Notes under the pieces: generated by a model | The model's database searches: none | What the model was told of the DNA's origin: nothing | What the model saw: the letters and a program-made list of their open reading frames with translations, nothing else | From: an uncultured Solirubrobacterales bacterium | GTDB taxonomy: Bacteria; Actinomycetota; Thermoleophilia; Solirubrobacterales; Solirubrobacteraceae | Assembly: GCA_963715515.1 (NCBI GenBank) | Contig: OY970249.1 | Span: 3,007,080-3,071,079, forward strand | Direction: 5' to 3' | Length of the DNA: 64,000 nucleotides | Program-made: the position numbers and the translations under genes | In this document: positions 48,897-61,498 of the stretch, one piece after another | Numbering within the stretch: the stretch's first letter is position 1 | How the letters are laid out: every line of letters starts with the position of its first letter

Positions 48897-49859
48897 CTAT
48901 CCCGGCAGGTTGGCGCGCGGGTGTGCGCTGAAGTAGACATCCTTGAGCCGATCGGAGGACAGGTGGGTGTAGACCTGTGTCGTGCTCAGGTCAGCGTGAC
49001 CCAGCATCTCCTGCAGAGAGCGCAGGTCGCAGCCCCCGGCGAGCAGGTGCGTGGCGAAGGTGTGGCGCAGCGTGTGTGGGCTCATCCTGTCCTTCAGCCC
49101 CACCCGTCCGGCATGGCCCTGGATGATCTTGTAGAGCCCCTGGCGCGTGAGGCCCGTGCCGCGGCAGTTGACGAACAGGCGTGTCTCCGCCCGTGCTCCC
49201 ACCAGCGCCGGGCGTCCCCGCGCGCAGTAGGCGTGCAGCGCCGCCACCGCCTCGCGCCCGATCGGCACGATCCGCTCTTTGGATCCCTTGCCGCGCGCGC
49301 GCAGCAGGCCCTCCTCCAAGTCCACGTCGGCCAGCTCCAGCCCGACGGCCTCGGAGGCGCGCAGGCCGCAGGCATACATCAACTCCAGCAGCGCGCGATC
49401 GCGCAGCGCCGCCGGCTCAGCGCCCCGGGGCTCCTTCAGCAGCTTCGCGACCTCCTCGCGCGAGAGCACCAGCGGCAGGCGTCTGGTCTTCGGCGGCCCG
49501 CGCAGCTCGGCGGTGGGATCGTGCTCGATCAGTCCCTCGCGGCGCAGATGACGGTAGAACGAGCGCAGGCAGGCCGCCTTGCGTTGCAGCGTCGCGGCCG
49601 ACACCCCGGGGCGCTCGCCGATACCCTCGGCCAGCTCCGTGAGGAATCCGGCCAGGTCGCTGTGATCGGCCTGTACGACATCCAGCTCGCGGCGCTCCAG
49701 GAACTCGCCGAACTGCAGCAGATCCGAACGGTAGGCCTCGAGCGTGTTGCGCGACAGACCGCGCTCCAGCTCCAGATAGGCGAGGAAGTCGAGCGTCAGG
49801 CGCTGGATGCCCTCCCCCGTCGCCGTCGGCTTGAGGCTGGAGAGGGCCGGTGTGCTCAC
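48897..49859 (-). CDS. xerD: Tyrosine recombinase XerD
   Basis: RDRALLELMYACGLR, GKGSKER, PHTLRHTFATH, LGH..TTQVYTH; recN-pyrG-xerD context. Confidence 0.92.
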   Translation of the reverse strand: MSTPALSSLKPTATGEGIQRLTLDFLAYLELERGLSRNTLEAYRSDLLQFGEFLERRELDVVQADHSDLAGFLTELAEGIGERPGVSAATLQRKAACLRSFYRHLRREGLIEHDPTAELRGPPKTRRLPLVLSREEVAKLLKEPRGAEPAALRDRALLELMYACGLRASEAVGLELADVDLEEGLLRARGKGSKERIVPIGREAVAALHAYCARGRPALVGARAETRLFVNCRGTGLTRQGLYKIIQGHAGRVGLKDRMSPHTLRHTFATHLLAGGCDLRSLQEMLGHADLSTTQVYTHLSSDRLKDVYFSAHPRANLPG

Positions 49860-49865
49860 TCATCT

Positions 49866-51047
49866 CTAGTTCGTCTTCATCCCCGCGGGTCCTTGAGCGT
49901 GCAAAGAGACATTCAACGGATCGTCCTGGGCCAGCAGGTCGGCCAGCGCGGTGCCGGCCGCCAACGCGGCGCCGAAGAACAGCGGATCTTCGACGAGACC
50001 GCGGCCCATCGTCTCCGCCGGCAAAGCGCTTGAGGCATATGCCGGCAGGTCCACCACCGAGCGGCGCCAGTCGTGGCGGGCGATGCGCGCCGGACGATCG
50101 ACGTTCAATTCCAGCTGCGGGCGGCTGGTCGCGCTCACGCCGAAGACCGCCCCGAGGCCGGCGCGCAGATCGTTCCCGACCGGCGAGCGCATGCCAGCGG
50201 GCAGCGCCACGGTGACGGGCTCCAGCAGCAGGTCGAGCACCGTCAGGGTGTGGTGGGAGATGCCGCGGTGGCGCACGCGTGGATCCCCAGAGGACATTCT
50301 CGCCACCAGCAGCGTGGGTGCGCCGAGCGCCAGTGCAGCGTGGGCGGAGTCCAATGCCGACATCCCTCCGTGCCCCAAGGGCGAGCGCGAGCCCACGATC
50401 CCCGGGCCCGGCCCGCACAGAGCGGAATCCCATCCAAGGGTGCGCAGACCGTGGTGCAAGGCGCCAGCCGTCGTGACGGCCTCGCCCTCCCCGCCGAAGG
50501 CCGCGCCCGCAGTCAGATGGCCTGCCAGGAGGCCGCGCCGGCGCAGGGCGCTCACCGCGCGCGAGTGTCCCCCCGGCAGCGCGCCGCCGCCGGTCTGCAC
50601 GTATCCCAGCTGCCGCCCAGGGGCGGCTTGCGCGAAGGCCCACGCCACGGCCGCAAGCTGGCCGTGCAGCGCCAGCACCCCCACAGGCCGCTCCAGCGGC
50701 AGCTGCAGCCGCTCGTCCTCGACCGTCGGCACGGCGTGCTGAAGGCTCGTGTAGTTGAGCTTCATCACGTTGGCACCCGGCGTGCCTTCGCCGGAGAGGC
50801 CGCGCGTGAGGTTGACGTGCACGATGTCGAAACCGCCCGAGCCCAGGCCGAGGTCGCGCGCCTGCACGTTCACCACCACCTCATCGCCCGCCTGTGAGAG
50901 ACCGACGAGCGAGACGTCGGCGATCGCCGCGCGGGGATCCACCTCGCTCTCAGCAGTCCGCGTCCCGTCGAGGACGACGGTCAACCCCTGCTCGGACCCC
51001 TCCACCGCATGGGCCTCCAAGACTATGGCTTTGCGTAGCTTCAGCAT
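49866..51047 (-). CDS. DUF3866-family protein
   Basis: LGLGSGG, MKLNYT, LHGQL, GPGPGIVG, SSGDPRVRHRGISHH motifs. Confidence 0.82.
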   Translation of the reverse strand: MLKLRKAIVLEAHAVEGSEQGLTVVLDGTRTAESEVDPRAAIADVSLVGLSQAGDEVVVNVQARDLGLGSGGFDIVHVNLTRGLSGEGTPGANVMKLNYTSLQHAVPTVEDERLQLPLERPVGVLALHGQLAAVAWAFAQAAPGRQLGYVQTGGGALPGGHSRAVSALRRRGLLAGHLTAGAAFGGEGEAVTTAGALHHGLRTLGWDSALCGPGPGIVGSRSPLGHGGMSALDSAHAALALGAPTLLVARMSSGDPRVRHRGISHHTLTVLDLLLEPVTVALPAGMRSPVGNDLRAGLGAVFGVSATSRPQLELNVDRPARIARHDWRRSVVDLPAYASSALPAETMGRGLVEDPLFFGAALAAGTALADLLAQDDPLNVSLHAQGPAGMKTN

Positions 51048-52290
51048 CGGCGCAGGAAGCTATCGCGTGGCGCGCGCCGACTGAGCCACCACAGCGCCGG
51101 GCAGCGCCAGCGCCACGTCCAACATCCCCTCCAGCGCGACCGTGCTCACCCGCTCGTACGGCTCGTGGTTGCGCTCGGTGCCGTTGGCAAGGTTCACCAC
51201 CGTAAGGCCCTTGACGATCAGCGCGTTGGCGTCCGAGGCGCCGCCGCTGCGGATTCGCCTCGGCGTGTAGCCGCGCTCGCGCAGGGCCTGCTCCGCGGCC
51301 TGTATGGCGGGCGCCGTCGAGGGTGTGACATAGGCGGCAAAGCTGCGCTGCACGCGCACGTCAACGTCGCAGTCGCACTCGGGCAGATTGGCGGCCTCGT
51401 GCACGCAATCCACCATTTCCGCGAGCGCCGCCTCGGCCGCCTCCTCGCGCAGGCTGCGCACCTCGGCAACCAGCCGGCAGTGCTCGGGCACGACGTTGAT
51501 GGCGCTGCCGCCCGCGATCGTCCCCACGTTGGCCGTCGTCTCCCCGTCGAGGCGCCCGAGCGGCATGTCGCTGACGGCGCGCGCCGCCGCAAGGATCGCG
51601 CTGCTGCCATCCTCCGGGCGGACGCCGGCGTGCGCAGCCACCCCGCGGAAGGAGGCTTCCAGGCGGATATGGCAAGGCGCGGCCACCACGATCTCGCCGA
51701 TCGGCGAGGCGTGATCGAAGACGTAGCCGAAGTCGCTCCGCAAGCGCGTGGCATCCAGCGCACGTGCGCCTGCCAGCGAGCGCTCCTCACCGACGGTGAA
51801 CAGCAGCTCGATGTCCACTGGCGCGCCCTCATGACAGACGCGGCGCGCCAGCGCGAGCAGCACTGCCACCGCGGCCTTGTTGTCCGCTCCGAGCACGCCC
51901 TCGTTGGCGTTCTCCCAGCCGCCATCCACCAGCACCGGCTCCACGGCCGCCTGCAGGGGAACCGTGTCGAGATGGGCGCACAGCAGCACACAGAGTCGCG
52001 CGGGGCCTTCGCGCAGACCCTCGCCGTCCACGCCCACTGCTCCGTCGAGATCGAGGTCGAGATAGCCCGCGCGTGGGGCCGCCGACATGCCTTCTCGCGC
52101 CGGGATGCGAGCCAGCAGATTGCCGCACTCTGAGCCCACCTTCGCACCGGCGTCGTCCTCCTCCACCTCTAATCCCAGCCCACGCAGCTCGGCCGCGACG
52201 CGCTCGGCGCAGGCACGCTCACTCCCAGAAGGGCTCTCGATCCGGCACAGCTCCACGAACAGCTCGCCCAGATGGCGGCGCTCGATGGCG

Positions 52291-54071
<1,781 letters not shown>

Positions 54072-54075
<4 letters not shown>

Positions 54076-54956
54076 GAGGGCCTGCCCAGAGAGTCTAGTT
54101 GGCGCAGCCCCGGAGTCTTTTCCACGAGCGCCGAGATCGAGCGAAACTCCCCATATACCGTGATAAGCACGAGCAGCACGAGCGCGATCTCCTGGCCCGT
54201 GCCGTCGAGTGTCAGCACCAGCCACCATCCCGCCAGCGCCCCCAGCAGGTTGGCGCCGGTGTCGCCCAGCATCGCGCGCTCGCGCAGGTCGTACACGCCG
54301 GCCACCAGCGCCGGCCCGGCGAACAGGCCGAGCGACCACAGCGGCCTGACGTCGGCGGCGCCCAGCGTCAGACCCGCGCCGAGCAGCACAAACGCCTTCG
54401 TCGCACGTCCGGGCCGCAGGTCGAGGAGGTTGAAGAGGTTGGTTGCCAGCGCCAACACCGCCACCGCCAGCAGGAAGCGCCCGTCGGAGAGACCCGTGCC
54501 ACTCAGCGCGAAGAGCGCCAGGCCGAGCGTGCCCACGGCCTTGAGCGTCCCGGTCGACAGCTCGCCGCGCAGCATCGCCCCGCCGTGACCGCGCCAGCCG
54601 CGCGGCCTCTTGCGTATGGGTAGCGGTGCTGGAGGGTCGGGGTTCCAGACACTGAAGCCGCTGCCGACGGCCTCAAGCGTGTCGTCGATTAAGCCCAACA
54701 TCGCCACCCCGAGGACATACACGGCGATCGCCTGCAGCTCTGGGTGAAACAGATCTGTTTCACCCAGCTGGTGCAGCAGGGCGAGCGGAAGCAGTGCCAC
54801 GAGCGCTCCGGCGACGCTCAAAACCCCAAAGGGAAACGGCAGCTCCCGCCCGCGGTAGTTCGTGCGCATATGGCCCCCCGTCGCCAGCCCGCGTAACACC
54901 ACGGGTGCCATGATCGCGGCAGTCAGCAGGGCCAGGACGAACGGCAGCGCATGCAC
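54072..54956 (-). CDS. MraY/WecA-like glycosyltransferase family 4 membrane protein
   Basis: [29 protein letters not shown] motifs. Confidence 0.85.
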
Positions 54957-54989
54957 CCTCAGAACCTAACGGCGAGGGCGGACAAGGCA

Positions 54990-55868
54990 TTAGGGCAACG
55001 AAGTGCTGCCTGCCACCCGCGGCAGCAGCCCGGAGTCCGCGGTGGGCTTTTCGCCATACGCGCCGTGAGCGCCGGCCAGCGTGAAGGCCAGTGCCGCGCG
55101 CCCTGCCGGCGTATCGAGATCGTCGACGCTTGAGATGTTGTGGCTCTTGAACCAGGGGATCTGCGATGGGTCGGTGCTGGTCAGCTCGACTCCGACGGTC
55201 GCGACGCCGGCGCTCGTCGCCCCCTCCATCAGACCTCCCTCGAATTCACTGGTCGCCTGGACCTCTTCGAGGGTCATGCCTTCGGGCTCGCTGCGCATCA
55301 CGACGAGCCCACTGAGCCCTTCGAGCTGGCCATCGAAGCTGCTCAGCAGCTTGCCCTGCACTCGCGCCAGGAGCCGATGATCGCTGCCGACGAGCTGGCG
55401 AGCGATGCGAACGCCGAAATGGACCACGAGGTGCGGCTGCGCGCCGAGTGCGGCGTAGGGCGTGCCCGCTGCCTCCTGCGCAACGCCAGCGATGTCAAGT
55501 GGCTCGTGCACGGCCACGACGGTCGCCAGTTCCCCGCCAGCCTGGGTGACCGCTTCGCGCACCAGTCCGTCCACCTTGTCGGAGGAGTTGCCGAGAAATA
55601 CCAGGCCGATGCGCCGACCGCTGAGCAGGCCGTGCACGGCGATCTGGTAGAGGTCTTCGTCGAGCTCTTCCTCGGTGCTCAACTGGCTATGCAGCTGCAC
55701 CACCTGCTGGTTGGCGCCGCTGACTTCCGAGCGTAGGTCGTGCACGACGCCGCTCTTCGCCGAGGAGACCAGGTTGGAATCGCCGATCGCCACGCCGATC
55801 AGGACGCCCACCGCCAACGCCAACAGGACGGCCGCGAGGGAGAGCGCGTGGTAGCGGTAGTCGAACAT
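54990..55868 (-). CDS. MctB/SteB-family protein
   Basis: MFDYRYHALSLAAVLLALAVG.., ISSVDD, GAYG; adjacent to steA. Confidence 0.85.
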   Translation of the reverse strand: MFDYRYHALSLAAVLLALAVGVLIGVAIGDSNLVSSAKSGVVHDLRSEVSGANQQVVQLHSQLSTEEELDEDLYQIAVHGLLSGRRIGLVFLGNSSDKVDGLVREAVTQAGGELATVVAVHEPLDIAGVAQEAAGTPYAALGAQPHLVVHFGVRIARQLVGSDHRLLARVQGKLLSSFDGQLEGLSGLVVMRSEPEGMTLEEVQATSEFEGGLMEGATSAGVATVGVELTSTDPSQIPWFKSHNISSVDDLDTPAGRAALAFTLAGAHGAYGEKPTADSGLLPRVAGSTSLP

Positions 55869-55892
55869 CGTCGTGGCAGTGTGCAGCCTCGG

Positions 55893-57194
55893 TCAGCCGG
55901 CCGCGTTCAGACCCGCCGCAACCAGGCCGCTCGGATCCAGACGAGCCAGCTCGAGACCGACAGCACCCAGGCCCGCCCGATCCAGGCCAACCAGCAGCTG
56001 AAGCTTCAGCCACAGCAGATCGACCACGTCGCGCAGCGCCGGCGTCAGCCACACGACGGCCGCCATCGCCACGAAGCCCGCGAGGATCACAAGCAGCAGC
56101 GGAGCCAGCCCCGGCTGGGGACGGTAGAGGCGGCTGACGCCCTTGGCATCGACCAGGATCTCGCCGATGCGCAGGCGCGTGAGAAAGGTCGAGGACATGC
56201 CACGGCGGTTGCGATCCAGGAACTCCACGAGGTTGAACTGCGAGCCGACCGAGACAATCAGGCGGGCGCCCTTCTCGGCCGCTATCAGCATCGCCACGTC
56301 CTGGCTGGTGCCGGGCGCCGGGACGAGCTTGAAAGGCAGGCCCAGGCTTTCCAGGCGCCCGCGACCGGGAGCGCGACCGTCGGGGTAGGAATGCACGACC
56401 AGCTCTGCGCCGCCCTCGACAGCGCCACGCAGCGCCGACTCGCCGGCCGAGTCCATGTCGCCGACGATCATGTCGGGGGTCAGGCCCGCCTCCAGCACGG
56501 CATCGGCGGCGCCGTCGACGGCGACGATCACGGGGCGCACGTCGCGGATGAAGGGCCGCAGCGCGCGCAGGTCGCGCTGGTGATCGACCCCCCGCACGAC
56601 GACCAGCGCCGGGCGGTCGCGGAAGTCGGTGGCGAAGCGCGGCATCTCGATCTTGCCGGCCAGCAGCTCGCGCTCCTCGCGCATGTGCTCGATGGTGTTG
56701 TGCGCGAAGCGCTCCAGCGCCTCACCCACCTCGCGCCGGCGGGCCTCGGTATCGGCGCGCACGCGCGCCAGGTCGAGCACGTCGCCGCGGGCCACGACCT
56801 GCCCCTTGCGCAGCACCTCGCCGCCGCGCACCTCGACAGGATCGCCCTCGGATAGCGTCTGAAAGAGCGCGTCGTCTGGCAGATCCACCAGCAGGATCCC
56901 GGCCTCGACCAGCAGCTGCGGTCCCAGGTTGGGGTAGGAGCCGCTGGTGGAGGCCCTGCAGTTCAACACCACGACGACGCCCGCCGCGATCAGCTCCTCG
57001 GCGGAGACGCGGTCGATATCGAGATGGTCGATCACCGCGACATCGCCCGGCCCGAGATGCTTGACGAGCACCTTGGTCTTGCGGCCCATACGCACCGGTC
57101 CGCCGGCGGCGCGAGCCGGCAGCGACGGTGGGGCGCCCGAGAGCTGGTCCTCTGCCGATACGAGCGCGAGCGGCGGCTGCTGAGTTGCGGCCAT
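55893..57194 (-). CDS. steA: Putative cytokinetic ring protein SteA
   Basis: HLDIDRVSA, SGSYPN, VDGAAD, IVGDMDS, GMSSTFLTRL..LVDAKGVS motifs. Confidence 0.88.
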   Translation of the reverse strand: MAATQQPPLALVSAEDQLSGAPPSLPARAAGGPVRMGRKTKVLVKHLGPGDVAVIDHLDIDRVSAEELIAAGVVVVLNCRASTSGSYPNLGPQLLVEAGILLVDLPDDALFQTLSEGDPVEVRGGEVLRKGQVVARGDVLDLARVRADTEARRREVGEALERFAHNTIEHMREERELLAGKIEMPRFATDFRDRPALVVVRGVDHQRDLRALRPFIRDVRPVIVAVDGAADAVLEAGLTPDMIVGDMDSAGESALRGAVEGGAELVVHSYPDGRAPGRGRLESLGLPFKLVPAPGTSQDVAMLIAAEKGARLIVSVGSQFNLVEFLDRNRRGMSSTFLTRLRIGEILVDAKGVSRLYRPQPGLAPLLLVILAGFVAMAAVVWLTPALRDVVDLLWLKLQLLVGLDRAGLGAVGLELARLDPSGLVAAGLNAAG

Positions 57195-57211
57195 TACAGC
57201 GAGAGTAACGG

Positions 57212-58924
57212 TTACGCCGCCTTTCTCAGCTCCTTTGCGTGTCGGCGGGCGGAGGCGTCCGTGTCGGCGGCGCCCAGCATCCGCACCAGCTCCGAGACGG
57301 TCTCGCGCTCGCCGAGCTGTACGACCGAGGCGCGAGTGGGGTCGGCGGCGGTGTCCTTGACGACCGAGAAATGACGACTGGCCAGCGAGGCGATCTGGGG
57401 CAGGTGGGTGATGCAGATCACCTGGCGCGCGCCGGCCAGGTCGCGCAGGCGCTCGCCGATGGCCCGCGCGGTGTGCCCGCCGATGCCGGCGTCGACCTCG
57501 TCGAACACCAACGTGACCTCGGAGTCGGCGTCGGTTGCACAGGATCTGCCGCGAGACCCGGCCAAGGCCGCAGCGCTGCCGCTGGACGCCGTGGCCAAGG
57601 CCAGCATCACGCGCGAGAGCTCGCCGCCGGAGGCGATGTCGCGCAGCGGGCCGGCTGCCACGCCGGGGTTCGCTGCGATCAAGAACTCGACGGCGTCGCC
57701 GCCGGCAGGGCCGATGTCCCGATGAGAGAGCACGACATCGAAGCTGGCCTCCGCCATGGCCAGCGCCGCGAGCTGCTCCGCGACAGCCTCGCGCAGGGGT
57801 GGAGCCGCGGCCTCGCGCGCCGCGCGCAACGCGGCGGCGTGCTCGTCGAGGACGGCCCGCGCAGCGAGCAGACGCTCGGCGGTGCGTGCGAGGGCAACCT
57901 CCGCTCCCAGCAGCTCCTCGCGGCGAGCGCGAGCGCTCACCGCGTGCTCCAACACGGCGGTGACGGTGGGGCCGTGTTTGCGCAGCAGGCGCTCCAGCGC
58001 CTGCAGGCGCTCTTCCAGGGTCTGCAGCGCCCCGTCCTCGCCCTCCAGGCGCTGGCCGTAGTCACGCAGCCCGCCGGCCAGATCGGCGGTCTCGATCGCC
58101 AGTGCCCGGCAGCGCTCGCCGAGGACATCCAGCTCGGCATCGACGCCCGCGACGCCATCCAGGCGCGCGGCCGCGTCGGCCATGAGCTGCGCAGCGCCGG
58201 GAACTTCGGATAGCTCGGGCGTGAGCGCCTCGGCGCCCAGCCCTGCGGCCAAGCGCAGCGCGTCGAGGCTGCGCAGACGCTCGCGGCTGGCGAGCAGGTG
58301 TTCGTGTTCGCCCTCCTCGGGCGCGACCGTGTCGATCTCCGAAAGCTCATGCTCGAGCAGGTCGAGTTCGCGCTCGCGCGCCTGAGATAGCTCGCGCAGG
58401 CCCTCGATCTCTCCCTCCAGCGCGTGCACGGCCCGATGAGCCTCGGCGCAGACGCGCAGGCGCGCAGCTTGCTCGGGACCGCAGAAGCCGTCGAGAATCT
58501 CAAGCTGCGCGGCGGCAAGAGTCAGCCGGCGATGCTCGTGCTGCCCATAGAAGGCGACCAGTCGCTCCCCCAACTCGCGCAGGTCGGTCACGGTGGCGGA
58601 GCGGCCGTTGAGGTAGGCGCGCGTGCGTCCGTCGGCGCCTACACGCCGCGCGAGCACAACCTCAGCGGCGTCGGCCGGCAGCCGCTCGCCGCGCTCGCAG
58701 CCAAGCTCGGGCGGCAGCGAGAAGACCCCCTCCACGTACGCCTCGGCGGCTCCGGGGCGCACGATCCCAGTGCGCGCGCGGCCGCCGAGCAGCAGATCGA
58801 GCGCGTTCGCAAGCACGGTCTTGCCGGCGCCGGTCTCGCCCGTCAGCACGTTCAAGCCGGGGGCCAGAGCCAGCTCGGCGCGCTCGATCAGGAGCAGATT
58901 CTCGACACGTAACTCGCAGAGCAC
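57212..58924 (-). CDS. recN: DNA repair protein RecN
   Basis: LTGETGAGK, YGQHE, ASGGELSRVMLAL, FDEVDAGIGG, ITHLPQIA motifs. Confidence 0.97.
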   Translation of the reverse strand: MLCELRVENLLLIERAELALAPGLNVLTGETGAGKTVLANALDLLLGGRARTGIVRPGAAEAYVEGVFSLPPELGCERGERLPADAAEVVLARRVGADGRTRAYLNGRSATVTDLRELGERLVAFYGQHEHRRLTLAAAQLEILDGFCGPEQAARLRVCAEAHRAVHALEGEIEGLRELSQARERELDLLEHELSEIDTVAPEEGEHEHLLASRERLRSLDALRLAAGLGAEALTPELSEVPGAAQLMADAAARLDGVAGVDAELDVLGERCRALAIETADLAGGLRDYGQRLEGEDGALQTLEERLQALERLLRKHGPTVTAVLEHAVSARARREELLGAEVALARTAERLLAARAVLDEHAAALRAAREAAAPPLREAVAEQLAALAMAEASFDVVLSHRDIGPAGGDAVEFLIAANPGVAAGPLRDIASGGELSRVMLALATASSGSAAALAGSRGRSCATDADSEVTLVFDEVDAGIGGHTARAIGERLRDLAGARQVICITHLPQIASLASRHFSVVKDTAADPTRASVVQLGERETVSELVRMLGAADTDASARRHAKELRKAA

Positions 58925-59072
58925 ACGTGCAGGTGTACCACCGCGCACCGACGGATCGCTCGACAGGCAGCCGCAAAGCGCCATAATCTGTGGCGAGCGC
59001 GGGGGACGGAGCACCGACCCGGGACTGTCATACCGCGCACTAAATCCCTCACTACGTCCTCAGTCCAAAGGC

Positions 59073-59600
59073 ATGGTCGCCAGCGACAAACAGCACTCCC
59101 AGGAGCCCTCAAACGGAGGTGGGCGCTGCCTGAACGGGCCGGCGCTCGAGGAGCGCATGGACGAGGAGATCGCTCGCGCCGAGCGCCATCACACCGCGCT
59201 GAGCTGCCTGCTGGTGGGAGTGGAGGATGCCGCGGCGCTCGCGCGCGCCCACGGACAGAATCTCTCCGAGCAGGCTCTGGCCTACGTCGGGCTGGCGCTG
59301 CGCCGCGAGTTTCGCCGCTTCGATCGTGTCGGCGGCCTCAGCGGGCACGAGTATCTGGTGGTGCTGCCCGGCGCCGACGGCGCCCGTGGCGAGGTCGTCG
59401 CCAGGCGCGTGCTGGCGCGGCTGCGGGCGATCAAGATCGAGTCCCGCGGCGAGCGCAGCCCGCTGCGCGTGTGCGTGGGAATCGCCACCTGGCGCCAGGG
59501 TCTTACCGCGCAGGAGCTGATCGCCGAGGCACGCGCTGCCGGGGGACGCCGAGCGCCAGTGGAGTCATCCCTGCCGGTCGGTCCACTAGGTTTCTCCTGA
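59073..59600 (+). CDS. Stand-alone GGDEF-like domain protein with degenerate active site
   Basis: EEIARAERH..LSCLLV, RRFDRVGGLSGHEYLVVLPG, CVGIA; SGHEY replaces GGDEF. Confidence 0.8.
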   Translation: MVASDKQHSQEPSNGGGRCLNGPALEERMDEEIARAERHHTALSCLLVGVEDAAALARAHGQNLSEQALAYVGLALRREFRRFDRVGGLSGHEYLVVLPGADGARGEVVARRVLARLRAIKIESRGERSPLRVCVGIATWRQGLTAQELIAEARAAGGRRAPVESSLPVGPLGFS

Positions 59601-59671
59601 TGCTCGCGGAGTCCCAACATCTCAGCCCGTCCACCCGTCGGGTGAAACGGACACCCCAGGGCTGCGCCTGA
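59600..59671 (+). other. 23-aa relay mini-ORF between the GGDEF gene and the sensor kinase
   Basis: MLAESQHLSPSTRRVKRTPQGCA*; TGATG overlaps at both ends; CCTGATGCTC is duplicated. Confidence 0.5.
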
Positions 59672-60780
59672 TGCTCTCGGGATCTGAGCTATGGCTGCTG
59701 CGCCTGATGGCCGACCGCGGTCTGGCGTTGCTCGACGCCGGCACGCTGCTGATCGTGATCGAGGAGCGCGGCGAGCTGCGTGTGGCGGCGTCCAGCGGCG
59801 AGGGCACGGCGCGCGTGCGCATCCTCTCTGTCGAGGGCAGCGCGCTGGGAGCGCTCTATCGCGCGGGAGAGCCGGTGGCGCTCGACCGCCCACGCGGCCA
59901 CGAGGCGCTATGGCTGCACGAGCTGGGCATGGAGGCAAGGGCCGTGCTGGTGGAGCCGCTGGTAATGGAGGGCCACGGCGGCGGCCTGGTGATCGCGCTG
60001 CGCCACGACGGCGGCTTTCGCAACCCCGATCGCGCCGCGCTGAAGGCCTTCGCCGAGAGCATCACCCAGCGTCTCATCGCCGAGCGCTCGGTGGAGATCA
60101 AGCGGCTGCGCTACGGCATGGAGGCACGCGAGCGCGAGCGCACGCGTTGGGCGCGGGAGATCCACGACGAGACGGTCCAGGGACTGGGCGCCCTGCGTCT
60201 GAAGCTGGCCAACGCGCGCGACCTGCACGAAGACGAGGCCCTGCACCAGGCGGTGGGCGACGTGCTGGAGGGCCTGGGCAACGAGATCGAGGGTCTGCGC
60301 CACCTCATCACCGAGCTTCGCCCCGCGGCCCTCGACGATCTTGGACTGATACCGGCGCTGCAAGCCCTAGCGAGGCGCGCGCAGGCGATCGACGGTCTGG
60401 ACGTGCAGACCGAGATCGACCTCGACGCGGGACCCGACGGGGAGCGGCTCGATGCAGAGCTTGAGAGCACCATCTATCGCGTCGTGCAGGAGGCGCTGAC
60501 CAACGTCTCACGCCATGCCAAGGCCGAGCGGGCGGTCGTGAGCGTCACGGGCCAGGACGGTGTGATTCGCGTGTCGGTGACCGATGACGGGCAGGGCCTG
60601 TCGGCCGACGGCGCGCGCCTCGGGCCACGGGGCGATGGCCTGGAGGGCGGCTTCGGGCTGTCGGGGATGCGCGAGCGGGCGGAGCTGGTTGGCGGCGAGC
60701 TTGAGCTGGCGCCGGCGCCGGGGCGCGGGACGACGGTCCGGCTCACCGTGCCGCTGGCCGGGCGCTCGCTGGCCAGCTGA
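59671..60780 (+). CDS. GAF-like + HisKA_3 sensor histidine kinase
   Basis: AREIHD, ELRPAALDDLGL, QEALTNVSRHA, DDGQG, GFGLSGMRER motifs. Confidence 0.93.
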   Translation: MLSGSELWLLRLMADRGLALLDAGTLLIVIEERGELRVAASSGEGTARVRILSVEGSALGALYRAGEPVALDRPRGHEALWLHELGMEARAVLVEPLVMEGHGGGLVIALRHDGGFRNPDRAALKAFAESITQRLIAERSVEIKRLRYGMEARERERTRWAREIHDETVQGLGALRLKLANARDLHEDEALHQAVGDVLEGLGNEIEGLRHLITELRPAALDDLGLIPALQALARRAQAIDGLDVQTEIDLDAGPDGERLDAELESTIYRVVQEALTNVSRHAKAERAVVSVTGQDGVIRVSVTDDGQGLSADGARLGPRGDGLEGGFGLSGMRERAELVGGELELAPAPGRGTTVRLTVPLAGRSLAS

Positions 60781-60784
60781 GTGC

Positions 60785-61498
60785 CTAATCCACCAACCCC
60801 AGCTTCCGCGCGTACGCAGTGATCTCCGCGCGTGAGGAGAAACCCAGCTTCTCGATCGCGCGCGCACGGTAGGTCTTCACGGTGCGCTCGGCGACGTGCA
60901 ACTGCTCGGCGATCTGGGGGTTGGTGTGGCCGAAGGCGATCAGGCGAACCACCTCGCGCTCACGGTCGCTGAGCGCGACACTGCCGGAGTCGGCGTCCTC
61001 ACCGGTGGCCATCAGGGCGCCGAGGCGGGGGTGTAGGTAGTTGCCGCCGGCGACAGCCAGGCGGAAGGCCTGCAGCAGCTCGGAGGGCTCGGCCTCTTTG
61101 AGAACGTAGCTGCGCGCCCCGGCGCGCAGCGCCTGGCGAGCGTACTCGGGATCCTCGCGCATGGTCAGGATTGCCACGGCCAACGAAGGGTGAGCGACAA
61201 AGCAGGAGGGCAGCGCAGCGAGGCTAGAGCCACCGGGCATCGTGAGGTCGAGCGTGAGCAGATCGGGTCGGTGCAGGCGCACCTCGCGGATCGTCGAAGG
61301 TACGTCGGCGGCCTCGGCAACGACGCGAAACTCACCGTCCTGGCGCTCCAGGACGGTACGGATGCCGTCGCGCACGACGGCGTGGTCGTCGGCGATGATG
61401 ACGTCGATCGGCCGGCCTACCCCTGGGGTGCCCGTGGGCGTCGCCGCTGGGCTCTGCACGGTGGCGCCCTGCGTGGTGTGCGCTTGCATCGTGCCCAT
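60785..61498 (-). CDS. NarL/LuxR-family response regulator
   Basis: IADDH, LDLTMP, YVLK, LSDREREV..TVKTYR; start at 61498 or 61489. Confidence 0.93.
   Translation of the reverse strand: MGTMQAHTTQGATVQSPAATPTGTPGVGRPIDVIIADDHAVVRDGIRTVLERQDGEFRVVAEAADVPSTIREVRLHRPDLLTLDLTMPGGSSLAALPSCFVAHPSLAVAILTMREDPEYARQALRAGARSYVLKEAEPSELLQAFRLAVAGGNYLHPRLGALMATGEDADSGSVALSDREREVVRLIAFGHTNPQIAEQLHVAERTVKTYRARAIEKLGFSSRAEITAYARKLGLVD

Noticed and set aside
48897-49859. Prophage or island integrase
   Set aside because: Sequence and recN-steA-pyrG context fit chromosomal XerD; no phage genes or att sites nearby.
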